In this document: one piece after another, positions 1-9,509 of the stretch | How positions within the stretch are numbered: the first letter of the stretch is position 1 | Layout of the letters: each line of letters opens with the position of its first letter | DNA from: a virus | Virus record (IMG/VR): IMGVR_UViG_3300025849_003059 | Coordinates: 15,929 to 79,928 of that record | Reading direction: 5' to 3' (one strand) | Length of the DNA: 64,000 nucleotides | Program-made: the position numbers and the translations under genes | The notes under the pieces: model-generated | Seen by the model: only the letters and a program-made list of their open reading frames with translations | Told to the model about the DNA's origin: nothing | Database searches by the model: none

Positions 1-50
1 TCTGCTTTTGGGGTAAGTGAAATTTCGTTAAGAATATCTAGTAGTTTCAT
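1..50 (-). CDS. 5' fragment of a probable internal head protein (runs off the window start)
   Basis: ATG at 50-48 reads MKLLDILNEISLTPKA and stays open to position 1. The N-terminus has the same MKLxxxLxE style as neighbouring genes. Not in the ORF track. Confidence 0.7.
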   Translation of the reverse strand, partial: MKLLDILNEISLTPKA

Positions 51-51
51 A

Positions 52-1050
52 TTAGAGTTTTGCTTGATATAGTGCTTCTTGTTTATCGGCTGAAGTTTTG
101 TATTTCTTGGGGTTTAATTTTAAATCTTTAAGAGATTTATCTAACCATTTTTCAAATACCCCTCTACCATACTTTCTTTCAATCTTATCAAGTATATCGT
201 AGAATGCAGTTTCAGATTTTGCTTTCTTTCTAAAAGCAATCACTTCTTTTTTACTTTCACCAAAAAGTTTTTTAGTAAGTCTTGCATTTGGATTATTAGG
301 TTTACCAGCCAATGCCGATGCAAAGTTGATTCTACCTTGTAGGTTTGCTTTCTTAAGAGCTTTGAATAATTTCTTATCGTTTATTCTATTCTTATCAATA
401 AAATCTTGTACTGCTGAACCACGAGTACCAGTTAGTGCTGCAATACCCATTGCTAACTTACCAGCTTCGTTTACTGATTCTCTTGTTAGTTTGTATCCTT
501 GTTTTGCAAGTGTTCCAACGAAATCACTTAAATCTTTTTTGTTCTTGAAGATTTTTATATCAAAGAAATCACTGCCATCTTTGTGTTTCTTTTTTCCATC
601 GTGATAAGATACTGTGTATTTTGCTTTACCAATACCATCTTGTCTTTTGAATCTTTTCTTACCTTCTTTTACATCAACACCTTTTACATTCTTCATTGAT
701 TGTTTGTCAAGAATCATTGTGTTGTGATTATTTCCTAAACTCTTAGCAAATTTTTCAGCATCTTTTCTATCTTTATATCCAGCTGCTGCAGGTTTACCAA
801 AGACACCTTTCTTTTGGTAAAGAACATAGAACATATTAGAATTTCTATCTTCGTTTACTGATTCAATTGCGTATTTTGCTTCTTTATCATCCCATTCTTT
901 TTTAGACATAGAACCAATAGAGTCAACACCACTCTTAGATAGAATGTTATCCATATTCTTTTTCAAGAACATATTTGCTGCTCTTTGTGATTTGAATACT
1001 TTAAGTAATTTCTTACCTTTACGAGTGTCTATAAATGATACAAATTCCAT
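52..1050 (-). CDS. Modular hypothetical protein, probable internal head protein
   Basis: Track ORF 52..1074 starts at TTG; ATG at 1050 follows AGGAGAA and is the likelier start. Lys-rich modules are separated by ESVNE/VKE/GES linkers. Confidence 0.75.
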   Translation of the reverse strand: MEFVSFIDTRKGKKLLKVFKSQRAANMFLKKNMDNILSKSGVDSIGSMSKKEWDDKEAKYAIESVNEDRNSNMFYVLYQKKGVFGKPAAAGYKDRKDAEKFAKSLGNNHNTMILDKQSMKNVKGVDVKEGKKRFKRQDGIGKAKYTVSYHDGKKKHKDGSDFFDIKIFKNKKDLSDFVGTLAKQGYKLTRESVNEAGKLAMGIAALTGTRGSAVQDFIDKNRINDKKLFKALKKANLQGRINFASALAGKPNNPNARLTKKLFGESKKEVIAFRKKAKSETAFYDILDKIERKYGRGVFEKWLDKSLKDLKLNPKKYKTSADKQEALYQAKL

Positions 1051-1058
1051 ATTTTCTC

Positions 1059-1796
1059 CTAACACTTCTTCCAAGTTCCACCTTTACCCTTGTAGTTCTT
1101 AGCTGCCCAACCATTAGCGTAGGCAGAAGGATAAACATCAAATTTCTTTTTTGCTGCTGCTTTAGATGCAGACCATTTACCAGCATCGGTAGGACAATTC
1201 TTTTCCATTAAGGTTTCAACCTTTTTTCCGAATTCGTAAAGAGCTCTTTCTTGTTCGTTTAATTCGTTTTCTTCTTTGATACGAGTTACGATATTACCAC
1301 TCTCAGTTCTTTTAGAGATTGTTACTGCTTGTTCGTTTACTGATTTATCACCACCACATCCACAACCACAGCCACATCCACCATCTTTAGATTCTGATAT
1401 ACCTAATCTTTGTTTCATCTGGTCCTCTGTGATTTCGCCAATCTTGTAGTACCTTGAAAGAATGTGTCCCATATCTTCATATAATCCACCCATTCTTTGG
1501 TCAAGTGCCTTAGCTTCAAGAGCAACTTTATCGAATTGTTTACCCAACTTATCCAATTCACTCATGTTTCTCTTAACTGTATGCTTATCGAACCAATCAT
1601 CACCTTCTCTAATAGCAAGTGTTCTAGCGGCTTCAGTAATTCCACCAAGTGTTTCAGCTACCTTTACGATATCTGATTTTCTATCCATAGATTCTTGGTA
1701 TTTGTTGTAAGTAGAAACAATTTCTAAGAAGTGTTTTTTTACTTCATTAGAAAGAGGTCTTTCTTCGTTTTCTTTAAGTAGTTGGGTTAATTTCAT
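1059..1796 (-). CDS. Hypothetical virion-associated protein with a CGCGCGC tract and a C-terminal KKKFDVYPSAYANGW module
   Basis: 245-aa ORF with AGGAGA RBS and MKLTQLLKE start. The C-terminal module resembles a motif I recall from aquatic T4-like phages. Confidence 0.75.
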   Translation of the reverse strand: MKLTQLLKENEERPLSNEVKKHFLEIVSTYNKYQESMDRKSDIVKVAETLGGITEAARTLAIREGDDWFDKHTVKRNMSELDKLGKQFDKVALEAKALDQRMGGLYEDMGHILSRYYKIGEITEDQMKQRLGISESKDGGCGCGCGCGGDKSVNEQAVTISKRTESGNIVTRIKEENELNEQERALYEFGKKVETLMEKNCPTDAGKWSASKAAAKKKFDVYPSAYANGWAAKNYKGKGGTWKKC

Positions 1797-1809
1797 TTTG
1801 TTCTCCTAA

Positions 1810-2574
1810 TTATATTCCTCTTATCAAACTTCCTATTTTTAATCTTCCTTCTTGTTTTTGTTGTGCATCTTTGAAAGATTTTAATATTGTATTTGCCAAT
1901 TTATGTGAACCATTCATTTTTAAATCGAATACTAAACCTTCAATTGCAGTAGCACCACCCCATCCAGCTTCTTGAGATGATTTAATTCCTAATTCATATG
2001 CATCATCATCAACATCATCTGCGTATTGAGAAGCATATTTAGCTCTAACCACATCCATTTTTTTATCGTAATCTTTATCATCGAATTTTGGATAATCTGG
2101 TTTCTCTCGTAACTCTGGTTTACCTTCTAAATCTGCAACTAACCATCTTGCTTCAGTATGGAAATTAGAATCAGTTAATGCTTCAACAGCTGCTTGAGCC
2201 ATTTTCTTTTCGTATTCTTCTTTACCTATTTTTTTTGGTGAGATTCCAGCTTTCTGAGCTGCTTTACGAATTGCCTTGTTAACTTCTGGGTTTGCTTGGC
2301 CAGTTCCTTCTACTGAATTAGGAGTTGATAAATCTTCGCCACCATCCTTCTTAGGTTCATCTTTATCTTTATTAAATATGTTTACTTTAGGAGTATCTTT
2401 TTTACCAGGTTCTTGTACGGCACTATCCTTATCATCTTTTCTTTTTTCATGAGTACCCGCTTTGATTGCAGAATCTCTTGCAACTTTAGTTTTGAATACA
2501 GAAGTTGTACCAGTTTCTTTACTTGTAGCAGTAAATACCTCAGCCTCATTTATAAATTGTGATAGTTTAATCAT
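1810..2574 (-). CDS. Hypothetical protein, probable internal head protein
   Basis: 254-aa ORF starting MIKLSQFINE, with AGGAAC upstream. Confidence 0.75.
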   Translation of the reverse strand: MIKLSQFINEAEVFTATSKETGTTSVFKTKVARDSAIKAGTHEKRKDDKDSAVQEPGKKDTPKVNIFNKDKDEPKKDGGEDLSTPNSVEGTGQANPEVNKAIRKAAQKAGISPKKIGKEEYEKKMAQAAVEALTDSNFHTEARWLVADLEGKPELREKPDYPKFDDKDYDKKMDVVRAKYASQYADDVDDDAYELGIKSSQEAGWGGATAIEGLVFDLKMNGSHKLANTILKSFKDAQQKQEGRLKIGSLIRGI

Positions 2575-2596
2575 CTTTTTAGTTCCTTTTTTAAAT

Positions 2597-2737
2597 TTAT
2601 TTTGAAACAGTTATGTTACCACCAATAGATGGAGACTTTCCACTTGATGTTGTTGGTTTTGTTATACCACCTAACGATATTTCCTTTGATTCAACTGGTT
2701 GAGTTGGTTTTGTTGGGTTTACATCTCCTATTGCCAT
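2597..2737 (-). CDS. Small Pro/Thr/Ser/Gly-rich protein (46 aa)
   Basis: Hand translation MAIGDVNPTKPTQPVESKEISLGGITKPTTSSGKSPSIGGNITVSK. AGGAG lies 6 nt before the ATG and the ORF fills the gap between neighbours. Not in the track. Confidence 0.6.
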   Translation of the reverse strand: MAIGDVNPTKPTQPVESKEISLGGITKPTTSSGKSPSIGGNITVSK

Positions 2738-2739
2738 AA

Positions 2740-2946
2740 TTAACTCCTATTTTTAAATTTATATTCTTTTGTTTCTTCTTTATGCGTGTATAAATCAAGT
2801 TTACCATCTTCAGTTAACTTAACTTCATAATTAGTTTTTCTAATATCATTGTGGCCTCCTTTAAATGGAGTATCTCCAACAGCTTTTTTAACTGTTCCAA
2901 GGTCAATTGTATTTTTGGCCATATAATCTTGAATACTAAATCCCAT
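2740..2946 (-). CDS. Hypothetical protein (68 aa)
   Basis: ORF tightly packed in the operon. Confidence 0.65.
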   Translation of the reverse strand: MGFSIQDYMAKNTIDLGTVKKAVGDTPFKGGHNDIRKTNYEVKLTEDGKLDLYTHKEETKEYKFKNRS

Positions 2947-2952
2947 AACTTA

Positions 2953-3543
2953 TTAATTTAATTCTGTTATAATTTCTCTCATCATATCTTGAGCTTTACA
3001 GTAATCTCCACAAACAACTTGTTCTTGTAATTGTTTATTTACTGATTCATTCATTGGAGTCATAAATGCTCCATGTGTTGATGGGTTAGAAACAAAATCC
3101 CAACCGATTAACTCAAAATCTTCACCTACTTGTACTTTACCACCTGATAAAGGTTCTACTGAACCCATACCTCTTGATGATATACCTAAAAGAATTCCTG
3201 CTTTAAGTAGTTCTTTTAAGATGTTACCACTCGGTGTTGGAAGTATCTCTACTGTACCTACTAAATCATCATTATCCCAATGAATCTCTCTTACATTGTG
3301 TGATACGTTCTTCAAGTTGATTACTGAAGAATCTGGATGGTCTAATTCACCAAGAGCACGTCTTTCTTTTATAAGTGTTTCGTACTTCTTAGCTTCTCTT
3401 TGTAGAATCTCCATTGGATATATTCTACCATTCTGATTTTCTGCACCAGCTCTCTGTAAAATACCTTTAACAATAGTTCTTCCACTATCATCTTCTTTTA
3501 CTTTACCTTCGAATAATCTGGTTTCTATTAGTAGTTTACTCAT
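2953..3543 (-). CDS. gp21: Prohead core protease (T4 gp21-like)
   Basis: Motifs NQNGRIYP, ALGELDHP, LGISSRGMGS and DFVSNPSTHGA. Likely start ATG at 3543 (TAATG overlap with the upstream ORF). Confidence 0.93.
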   Translation of the reverse strand: MSKLLIETRLFEGKVKEDDSGRTIVKGILQRAGAENQNGRIYPMEILQREAKKYETLIKERRALGELDHPDSSVINLKNVSHNVREIHWDNDDLVGTVEILPTPSGNILKELLKAGILLGISSRGMGSVEPLSGGKVQVGEDFELIGWDFVSNPSTHGAFMTPMNESVNKQLQEQVVCGDYCKAQDMMREIITELN

Positions 3544-3719
3544 TATGCTCCCCACATTTTACGTTTCTTAAATAAATCAAAGAAAATTGCAGATACTTCT
3601 TGTCGAATTAAATCTCGAATAAGTTTTTCATCGTCATTCGTGATTTCTTCGCTGATTCTATCCAATTTTACATTTTGGATTTCTTCATTGATGATATCGT
3701 ACAACTCTCTCTTAGTCAT
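3543..3719 (-). CDS. Small hypothetical protein (58 aa)
   Basis: Hand translation MTKRELYDIINEEIQNVKLDRISEEITNDDEKLIRDLIRQEVSAIFFDLFKKRKMWGA. Its stop overlaps the protease ATG. Not in the track. Confidence 0.7.
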   Translation of the reverse strand: MTKRELYDIINEEIQNVKLDRISEEITNDDEKLIRDLIRQEVSAIFFDLFKKRKMWGA

Positions 3720-3995
3720 TTATTTTTTTTCTTTTTTCTCAATTGCCTTTTGAAGTGCTGGTGGTAGTTTTTTCTGAGCTGCGGTCAACTCTTCTGCCAC
3801 TTGTTCTTTTTTTTCTCCTCTACCTTTCCAAGTAGCATCGATTTTATTAAAGAATGCCTTCTTTTCTTCATCAGACATAGATGGAATTGATTTTCCAGCT
3901 TTTTCCAATGCTTTTTTGAAGAATTCTTGATATTCGTTTTCTTCAATCATTGTTTCTCTGATGATTTCTTTTAATCTATTTTTTGATATTTTCAT
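3720..3995 (-). CDS. Putative prohead core protein (gp67/gp68 position)
   Basis: 91 aa with EYQEFFKKALEK...DEEKKAFFNKID, lying between portal and protease. Confidence 0.5.
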   Translation of the reverse strand: MKISKNRLKEIIRETMIEENEYQEFFKKALEKAGKSIPSMSDEEKKAFFNKIDATWKGRGEKKEQVAEELTAAQKKLPPALQKAIEKKEKK

Positions 3996-4807
3996 TTTTC
4001 AATCTCCTGTATTGTTCGAGCGATATTAATTAATCTCTCCTTTATCTTATAAATATGATTATTTGTTCTTTTCCAATACTGATTGGAATCCAACTCATTC
4101 ATAGTTTTGATTTTATTATACCAATTGAAAAATTTCTCAGTTTCTCTTAGTTGATATTTTAATTCTTTTAAACCCATTGCCATCTTCTTATGAGGATGCA
4201 TTGTTTCATCGTTCTTTAATTCTAACCAACGATTAACAGGTCTTTTCACTTTAGCTTCGTTTACTGATTCTTTTAAATACTTTTTCCAATCTGAAAAATC
4301 TGGTGCTTTGTCAACTTCAATAAAATTACTTTTATATCTTAACTTAGGTTGTTTACTTAAATCATATCCTAATCTAACAGCAACTTTCTTTTTTAAATCT
4401 ACATAAAAAAGTGCACCATGATAATCAATTAAGTATGCACCTTTTTTACCATCAATAAATCCAGGTATATTTTTTAATAATACACCAGGAGATGTTAATC
4501 CTAAACCAGAATGTCCTGCAATATATTTTACAGGTGTATCTTTAGTAAGTTGAAAATATTCATGTCCTCTTTTTGGAGATACCAATCCTTCATTAATATC
4601 ATCTTCATCAATCTTACCAACTATCTTCATACCAAATTGAGTTGAAATCTTTTTCTTTCTTTTCTTATCTTTTCTACCACCATCAGAGAAAGCACCAGGC
4701 ACATTATAACCTGCCACATTACCTGTTGCAGTTGCTTCATCTAATTCTTTTTCAATTTCTTGAATTAGTTCATCAATAAAGTTATTAAGGTTTTTTTCCA
4801 TTGACAT
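3992..4807 (-). CDS. Modular hypothetical head-region protein
   Basis: 271-aa ORF with LDE, INE and ESVNE linkers. Confidence 0.75.
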   Translation of the reverse strand: MSMEKNLNNFIDELIQEIEKELDEATATGNVAGYNVPGAFSDGGRKDKKRKKKISTQFGMKIVGKIDEDDINEGLVSPKRGHEYFQLTKDTPVKYIAGHSGLGLTSPGVLLKNIPGFIDGKKGAYLIDYHGALFYVDLKKKVAVRLGYDLSKQPKLRYKSNFIEVDKAPDFSDWKKYLKESVNEAKVKRPVNRWLELKNDETMHPHKKMAMGLKELKYQLRETEKFFNWYNKIKTMNELDSNQYWKRTNNHIYKIKERLINIARTIQEIEK

Positions 4808-5654
4808 TTTTTATTTCCTTTACTAACTCATAAGACATCATTAAAGCGGAAACCTGGTCATCGTTAATTTTCTTACCGATTTTTTGTTTTTTCAAAACAT
4901 TAATAGTTTCACGCAATTTAATTTTTGTAATCTTATCTTTCATTCCTTTATACAAATCATGTAATTCGGTAATTGTTCTTATAAGTTCTTTCTCAAAGTA
5001 ATCACCAAATTTAGATGTGTTAGTAATGTTGTTAATATACTCTCTTAATAATCCTTTTTGTATTTCATTTAAGTTAGTATATTTTTTGTTGAAAGTTTCT
5101 ACAAGAATTTTATAAGTAAGTAATCTTAAATCCTTTTCTTGTTTTTTGTAATCTTCAACGAGTCTGTCCTCTTTTTGTTTAAGAGTTGGAATTGAGTTGG
5201 AAATATGTTCAACGATAGTAAGTTTAGAATCAAAAATATCTTTTACATCAAGAATATCATTTTTCTTTCCTTCAAATAATTTATGTACTGATGCTAAAAT
5301 CTTGTAATTGGTAACAGGCGAAGATAAAAGATTATCAATTTCAAAGTTTTCTTTTATTGATTTAACAAGATTGAATTTCTCTCTTTTTAATTTTGAGTAA
5401 TTAATTTTCGTATGTGCTTCTAATATGGCATCAATAAATTTCTCAGCTTTAAGTTCTGAGTTATATTTTTCATTTATTAACAGATTATACAATCGAAGTT
5501 CTTTGGCAAGTTCAGTTTTTCCACTAAAGAATTCTCTAACAATTTCTTTAGCTTTTTCTTCACCACCATTTAAAACTTCAAGTGTAATCTGACGGGTTAG
5601 TATTTCGAAAAGAAAACCCGTATTCTTGAATTTTGAATGTCTTACTTTTTTCAT
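4785..5654 (-). CDS. Hypothetical helical protein downstream of portal
   Basis: The track start at 5669 is TTG; ATG at 5654 gives MKKVRHSKFKNTGFLFEIL. Confidence 0.8.
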   Translation of the reverse strand: MKKVRHSKFKNTGFLFEILTRQITLEVLNGGEEKAKEIVREFFSGKTELAKELRLYNLLINEKYNSELKAEKFIDAILEAHTKINYSKLKREKFNLVKSIKENFEIDNLLSSPVTNYKILASVHKLFEGKKNDILDVKDIFDSKLTIVEHISNSIPTLKQKEDRLVEDYKKQEKDLRLLTYKILVETFNKKYTNLNEIQKGLLREYINNITNTSKFGDYFEKELIRTITELHDLYKGMKDKITKIKLRETINVLKKQKIGKKINDDQVSALMMSYELVKEIKNVNGKKP

Positions 5655-5694
5655 TTTAATAATTTCCAATTACAATATTATAAAATTACTCTAT

Positions 5695-5702
5695 TATAAA
5701 TA
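5695..5702 (-). promoter_or_regulatory. TATTTATA putative late-promoter motif
   Basis: Intergenic copy of a motif found before ten minus-strand genes and, inverted, before the plus-strand gene. Confidence 0.6.
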
Positions 5703-5727
5703 TAAATTTATAAAAGATTAACTATTT

Positions 5728-7455
5728 TTAATCATTATCGAGGATATTGGATTCATCCAACATATCCTTCATTTCATGTAAATACTTACGTTTTGCTGAT
5801 ATACCGTTGATAACTTTCAACGCTTTTTCCTCAGAAGTACGAGAACGTTTTGATGTTCTCTCCTTATCACCTAAAGGGTCTCTACCTAATGGATGTTTAT
5901 CTTTTCCATAAGTTCCACCTTCACGAGGCCTTCCACCTTTATCTTTAATTTCTTGTTTGATATTTTCAATTTGTTCTTCAATATCATCTGGTTCTTCAGA
6001 TTCCATTGCAGGGTCGTTACCCTCATCTTCAATCATACGATAACGATATCTATCTTTAATATCATCAAGTATTTTTGTTCTTTCATCATCTTGAGCACCA
6101 TCTGCAACTTTAAAGATGTTTTCGTAAACCCATTCTTTAGATAACATATTTAATCCTTGAATATCTTGAGCCAATCTAATTTTTTCACTCCACAAGTTTA
6201 CTTTTTCTTGTTCGTAAATTGTAGATGGATTTACAAGTTTTAATTCAAAGTTAGTCATTTCAAAATCTTGAATTCCTTGTGAGTACAAATGAACTATTGC
6301 AATCTTAGATAATTCTGAAATAAGTGTTCTTTGGATTCTTTCAATCGTTCTTGCAAATCTTACATCTTCTGCAGCAAGAGTTGCTTTACCATTTATATTT
6401 TCTTCGTATCCTAAATAAGCTTTTGGAATCTTTAATGCTGCAAACATTTTGTTTTTTAAATAATCAATATCATCAATAGTTGCGTACTCTAAACCTGCAA
6501 GGTTATCAATAGATGTACCACTATCACCGCCACGAACAGGAAGATAGAAATCTTCTGTTAAGTTTTGCATATTGTACTTTAAGTTGTAATCACCAGTATT
6601 TCTATCGATGAAAGGAACTTTCTTCATCTTGTTGATGATTCTCTGCATATAGTTATCCACTTCTGTTGGTGGGATATTACCAATATCAATTTTGAAAACT
6701 CTTTTTTCAGGTGCTCTCATGATTCTATGGATTAACATAGCATCTTCCATTAGAGATAATTGTTTCCACAATCTTCTTCCATTCTCAATCATAGATTTAC
6801 CATATGGTAACCAGTTAGTATCTGCTAACAACCTAAAATGAGCAATTTCAAAGTTTTCATATTCTTCTTTTCCATTCGGGTCCTCAGTAATTTTAAACTT
6901 TACTGAATTTGGATTCGATGGGTCTGTTCTTTCTAATCTTTCTGTATTGTAAACTGAATGAGGAGTAACATTTACGATACCTTTACCTTCTGCAACTTCT
7001 AAACCTAAGAAGAAATCTCCATATTTTACCAAGTTTCTTGTCCAAGGCCATAGGTTAAACTCTACATTAAGAATATCGTAGAATAAGTTTTCTAATAATC
7101 CTTGTACTTTTGGATTATCCGATTGAACAAGAAGTACATCACCAAATTCGTTCTTTAATGTACATTCATCTGCATATATATCAAGAGCCGATGCTAATAT
7201 CGGGTCGTTATCCATTGCATCGTAATCTCTAAAAACTTCTCTACGAACTTGTTGGTATGCCATTGATTGTGCACCACCTGCTTGTTCAAAAAAAGATTTC
7301 TGTAATTTTGTGTATCTATCTCTTAAAGAAGATAAGTTTGTTTGTTGACGTTCATCACCATCAAACACTTTTCGTTTACCATCTTTATCGATAGTAACTA
7401 CTGCTTGTGCTCTAAAGAGTTTTGTTAACCTCCCAAAAAATGAAGTATCTGCCAT
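5728..7455 (-). CDS. gp20: Portal protein (T4 gp20-like)
   Basis: Motifs MEDAMLIHRIMRAPEKRVFKIDIGNIP, EDFYLPVRGG, IDDIDYLKNKMFAALKIP and EDVRFARTIERIQ. Confidence 0.95.
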   Translation of the reverse strand: MADTSFFGRLTKLFRAQAVVTIDKDGKRKVFDGDERQQTNLSSLRDRYTKLQKSFFEQAGGAQSMAYQQVRREVFRDYDAMDNDPILASALDIYADECTLKNEFGDVLLVQSDNPKVQGLLENLFYDILNVEFNLWPWTRNLVKYGDFFLGLEVAEGKGIVNVTPHSVYNTERLERTDPSNPNSVKFKITEDPNGKEEYENFEIAHFRLLADTNWLPYGKSMIENGRRLWKQLSLMEDAMLIHRIMRAPEKRVFKIDIGNIPPTEVDNYMQRIINKMKKVPFIDRNTGDYNLKYNMQNLTEDFYLPVRGGDSGTSIDNLAGLEYATIDDIDYLKNKMFAALKIPKAYLGYEENINGKATLAAEDVRFARTIERIQRTLISELSKIAIVHLYSQGIQDFEMTNFELKLVNPSTIYEQEKVNLWSEKIRLAQDIQGLNMLSKEWVYENIFKVADGAQDDERTKILDDIKDRYRYRMIEDEGNDPAMESEEPDDIEEQIENIKQEIKDKGGRPREGGTYGKDKHPLGRDPLGDKERTSKRSRTSEEKALKVINGISAKRKYLHEMKDMLDESNILDND

Positions 7456-7495
7456 GTTTTCCTAATTTATGTTATAACCTTTATTAATTAATTTA

Positions 7496-7885
7496 TTACC
7501 ATTTTCTACAAGACCAATATCTTGCTTTGTGTCTTGGACCTGGTGAATCACAGTTGTGTCTTGCTCTAAATGCTTTTCTTGCATCTGGATTATTCTTTCG
7601 AATAGACATTGTTTTTTCTCCTGATTTCTTTGCGGAACTTCCTCCATGTCCGAAGTTTACTTTGACAACATTTCCTTTAGGGTTTTTAACATATACTTTG
7701 AATTTCTTGGTATCACCTTGCATCGGTTTACCTAATTTTACAGTTCTACCTTGATATTCTGCTTCATTTATATCAGATTTATATTCTTTCATAAATTCAC
7801 AAAATTCTTTTATATCATGGTAATTTTCCACAGTATATTCTTCTGTATGTACTTCTTCTTTAAGTAATTCCTGCAATGATATCAT
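7496..7885 (-). CDS. Conserved T4-like phage protein (DUF6321-like, recalled)
   Basis: Motifs EAEYQGRTVKLGKP, KKFKVYVKN, KVNFG and FRARHNC...ARYWSC; N-terminus MISLQELLKE. Confidence 0.7.
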   Translation of the reverse strand: MISLQELLKEEVHTEEYTVENYHDIKEFCEFMKEYKSDINEAEYQGRTVKLGKPMQGDTKKFKVYVKNPKGNVVKVNFGHGGSSAKKSGEKTMSIRKNNPDARKAFRARHNCDSPGPRHKARYWSCRKW

Positions 7886-7902
7886 ATTTTATTCTCCTAA
7901 TA

Positions 7903-7910
7903 TATAAATA
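7903..7910 (-). promoter_or_regulatory. TATTTATA putative late-promoter motif
   Basis: Intergenic, just upstream of the AGGAGA RBS of the 7885 gene. Confidence 0.6.
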
Positions 7911-7915
7911 TAGAG

Positions 7916-9508
7916 TTATTTAATTAACCAAGTTAAATCTTCATTTGAATCACCAACTCTCATTTTCCATGGGTTTTCTTCCATCGCTGAATTACCACCA
8001 AAGCCCATTCCTGCAACATCCAATTGATGTGCTCCAATACCACCTAATGCTTGTTTTGTTAAATCAATTCCTTCTTGTCTTAATCGGAGGGCAGTATCTC
8101 TAACCCACAATCCGATTGATAATGACATTGTTAAATCATCATTATAACCTCTCATAGCTTCTGCTCTATTACCATTCCATATAAATGTAAATAATTCATC
8201 GATAGTTCTTGATGAACGAATAGTAATATCCTTTTCTCTAATATATTGTTCTAATTTAGATATGATTAAAGGTCTTGTTTTAGATGTTGTACTAAATCCA
8301 GCAACCATTCCTCTATCTTGTCTATTATATTTGTTATTTAATTGATTTTCGGTATCTACATATTTTAAGTCCTTACTCATATAGAAAGTATTTTGATAAC
8401 CTCTATCAATTACTTGTTGTAAAACTGCCCAACCAATATTTGCATTCTCAACTACAAGTAATGCGTTGTTATAATCAGTTGCAAGGGAAACTAAAAAGTT
8501 TCCAAAATCTTTTGTATCTAATTTACCTTTATATTCTGCAACTTGCGCTGCTTCTTCTATATCAATTACATGACAAGCTGAAAAGTCACTTGAATCTCCA
8601 CGAGCAACATCCGCAACTACCATATAAGATTTCTGATAGTTTGGATATTCCCATTTCCACAAGTTTCCATCAAATCCTGTCTTTTCAACAGGTTCTTGTA
8701 CAAATGATTCTTTATAGAACATTAAAAGTTGTGGGTCAATCACAGTATCACCCGAAGATACAAAATCACAATCACATTCTTGTGCTGCTCCTTTTTTTCC
8801 TAATAATACCTCTTGTTCATCTCTCCAATCTTGGTCTCTTTCTGGATGTACACTCCAATGTAATCTAATTGTGTTAAAAGTATTTGTTTCTTCTTCTGCA
8901 CCTACCCAAGTTTTGTGAAAGAAGTTTCCTACACCATTTGGTGTTGAAAGTATGATTGCATTACCACCAGTCGATAGTGTAGATTGTGCTGATACCCATA
9001 TATCTTCAATCTTATCAATAAATGCTGCCTCATCAAATACTAATAGAGATAGTGCTTCAGAACGACCAGCATCTCCAGCGGCTGAAGTTGCTTTTATCTG
9101 AGAACCGTTCGAGTATCTTAGAGATAGTTTATTATCCTCTACTGTTGTTTGTTTTAACCACGATGGTAAGTACTGGTTCATCACACGAACCTTCGTTACA
9201 AGGTTCTTAGCAACTTCTTGTTTAGTTGCAATTACCAATACATTAAAATCTTGATTGAATAGCATTTTCCAAAGAGAAAATCCCGCGGTTAGGGTTGAGA
9301 TACCCGTTTGTCGAGATTTAAGAATGATGTTGTATCTATGTTCTGCAAACTCATTTAAAGTTCTTTCTTGAAACTGATATAAGTGAAAAGGAATTTTACC
9401 TCTAACTGGATGTTGTATCATACAGTACTTCTTCATGAAGTATATAGGGTCTTGAGCACATTTCTGATACTCAATTTTTATTATTTCCTTTAAACTTTGT
9501 TTAGCCAT
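7916..9508 (-). CDS. terL: Terminase large subunit (T4 gp17-like)
   Basis: Walker A-like LKSRQTGIST, Walker B LLVFDEAAF, coupling motif LSTPNG, nuclease ADVARGDSSD and C-terminal YNDDL. Confidence 0.95.
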   Translation of the reverse strand: MAKQSLKEIIKIEYQKCAQDPIYFMKKYCMIQHPVRGKIPFHLYQFQERTLNEFAEHRYNIILKSRQTGISTLTAGFSLWKMLFNQDFNVLVIATKQEVAKNLVTKVRVMNQYLPSWLKQTTVEDNKLSLRYSNGSQIKATSAAGDAGRSEALSLLVFDEAAFIDKIEDIWVSAQSTLSTGGNAIILSTPNGVGNFFHKTWVGAEEETNTFNTIRLHWSVHPERDQDWRDEQEVLLGKKGAAQECDCDFVSSGDTVIDPQLLMFYKESFVQEPVEKTGFDGNLWKWEYPNYQKSYMVVADVARGDSSDFSACHVIDIEEAAQVAEYKGKLDTKDFGNFLVSLATDYNNALLVVENANIGWAVLQQVIDRGYQNTFYMSKDLKYVDTENQLNNKYNRQDRGMVAGFSTTSKTRPLIISKLEQYIREKDITIRSSRTIDELFTFIWNGNRAEAMRGYNDDLTMSLSIGLWVRDTALRLRQEGIDLTKQALGGIGAHQLDVAGMGFGGNSAMEENPWKMRVGDSNEDLTWLIK

Positions 9509-9509
9509 T

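Noticed and set aside
7916-9508. Intein in terminase (also considered for primase and MR)
   Set aside because: Lengths fit intein-free proteins and no splice-junction motifs were seen
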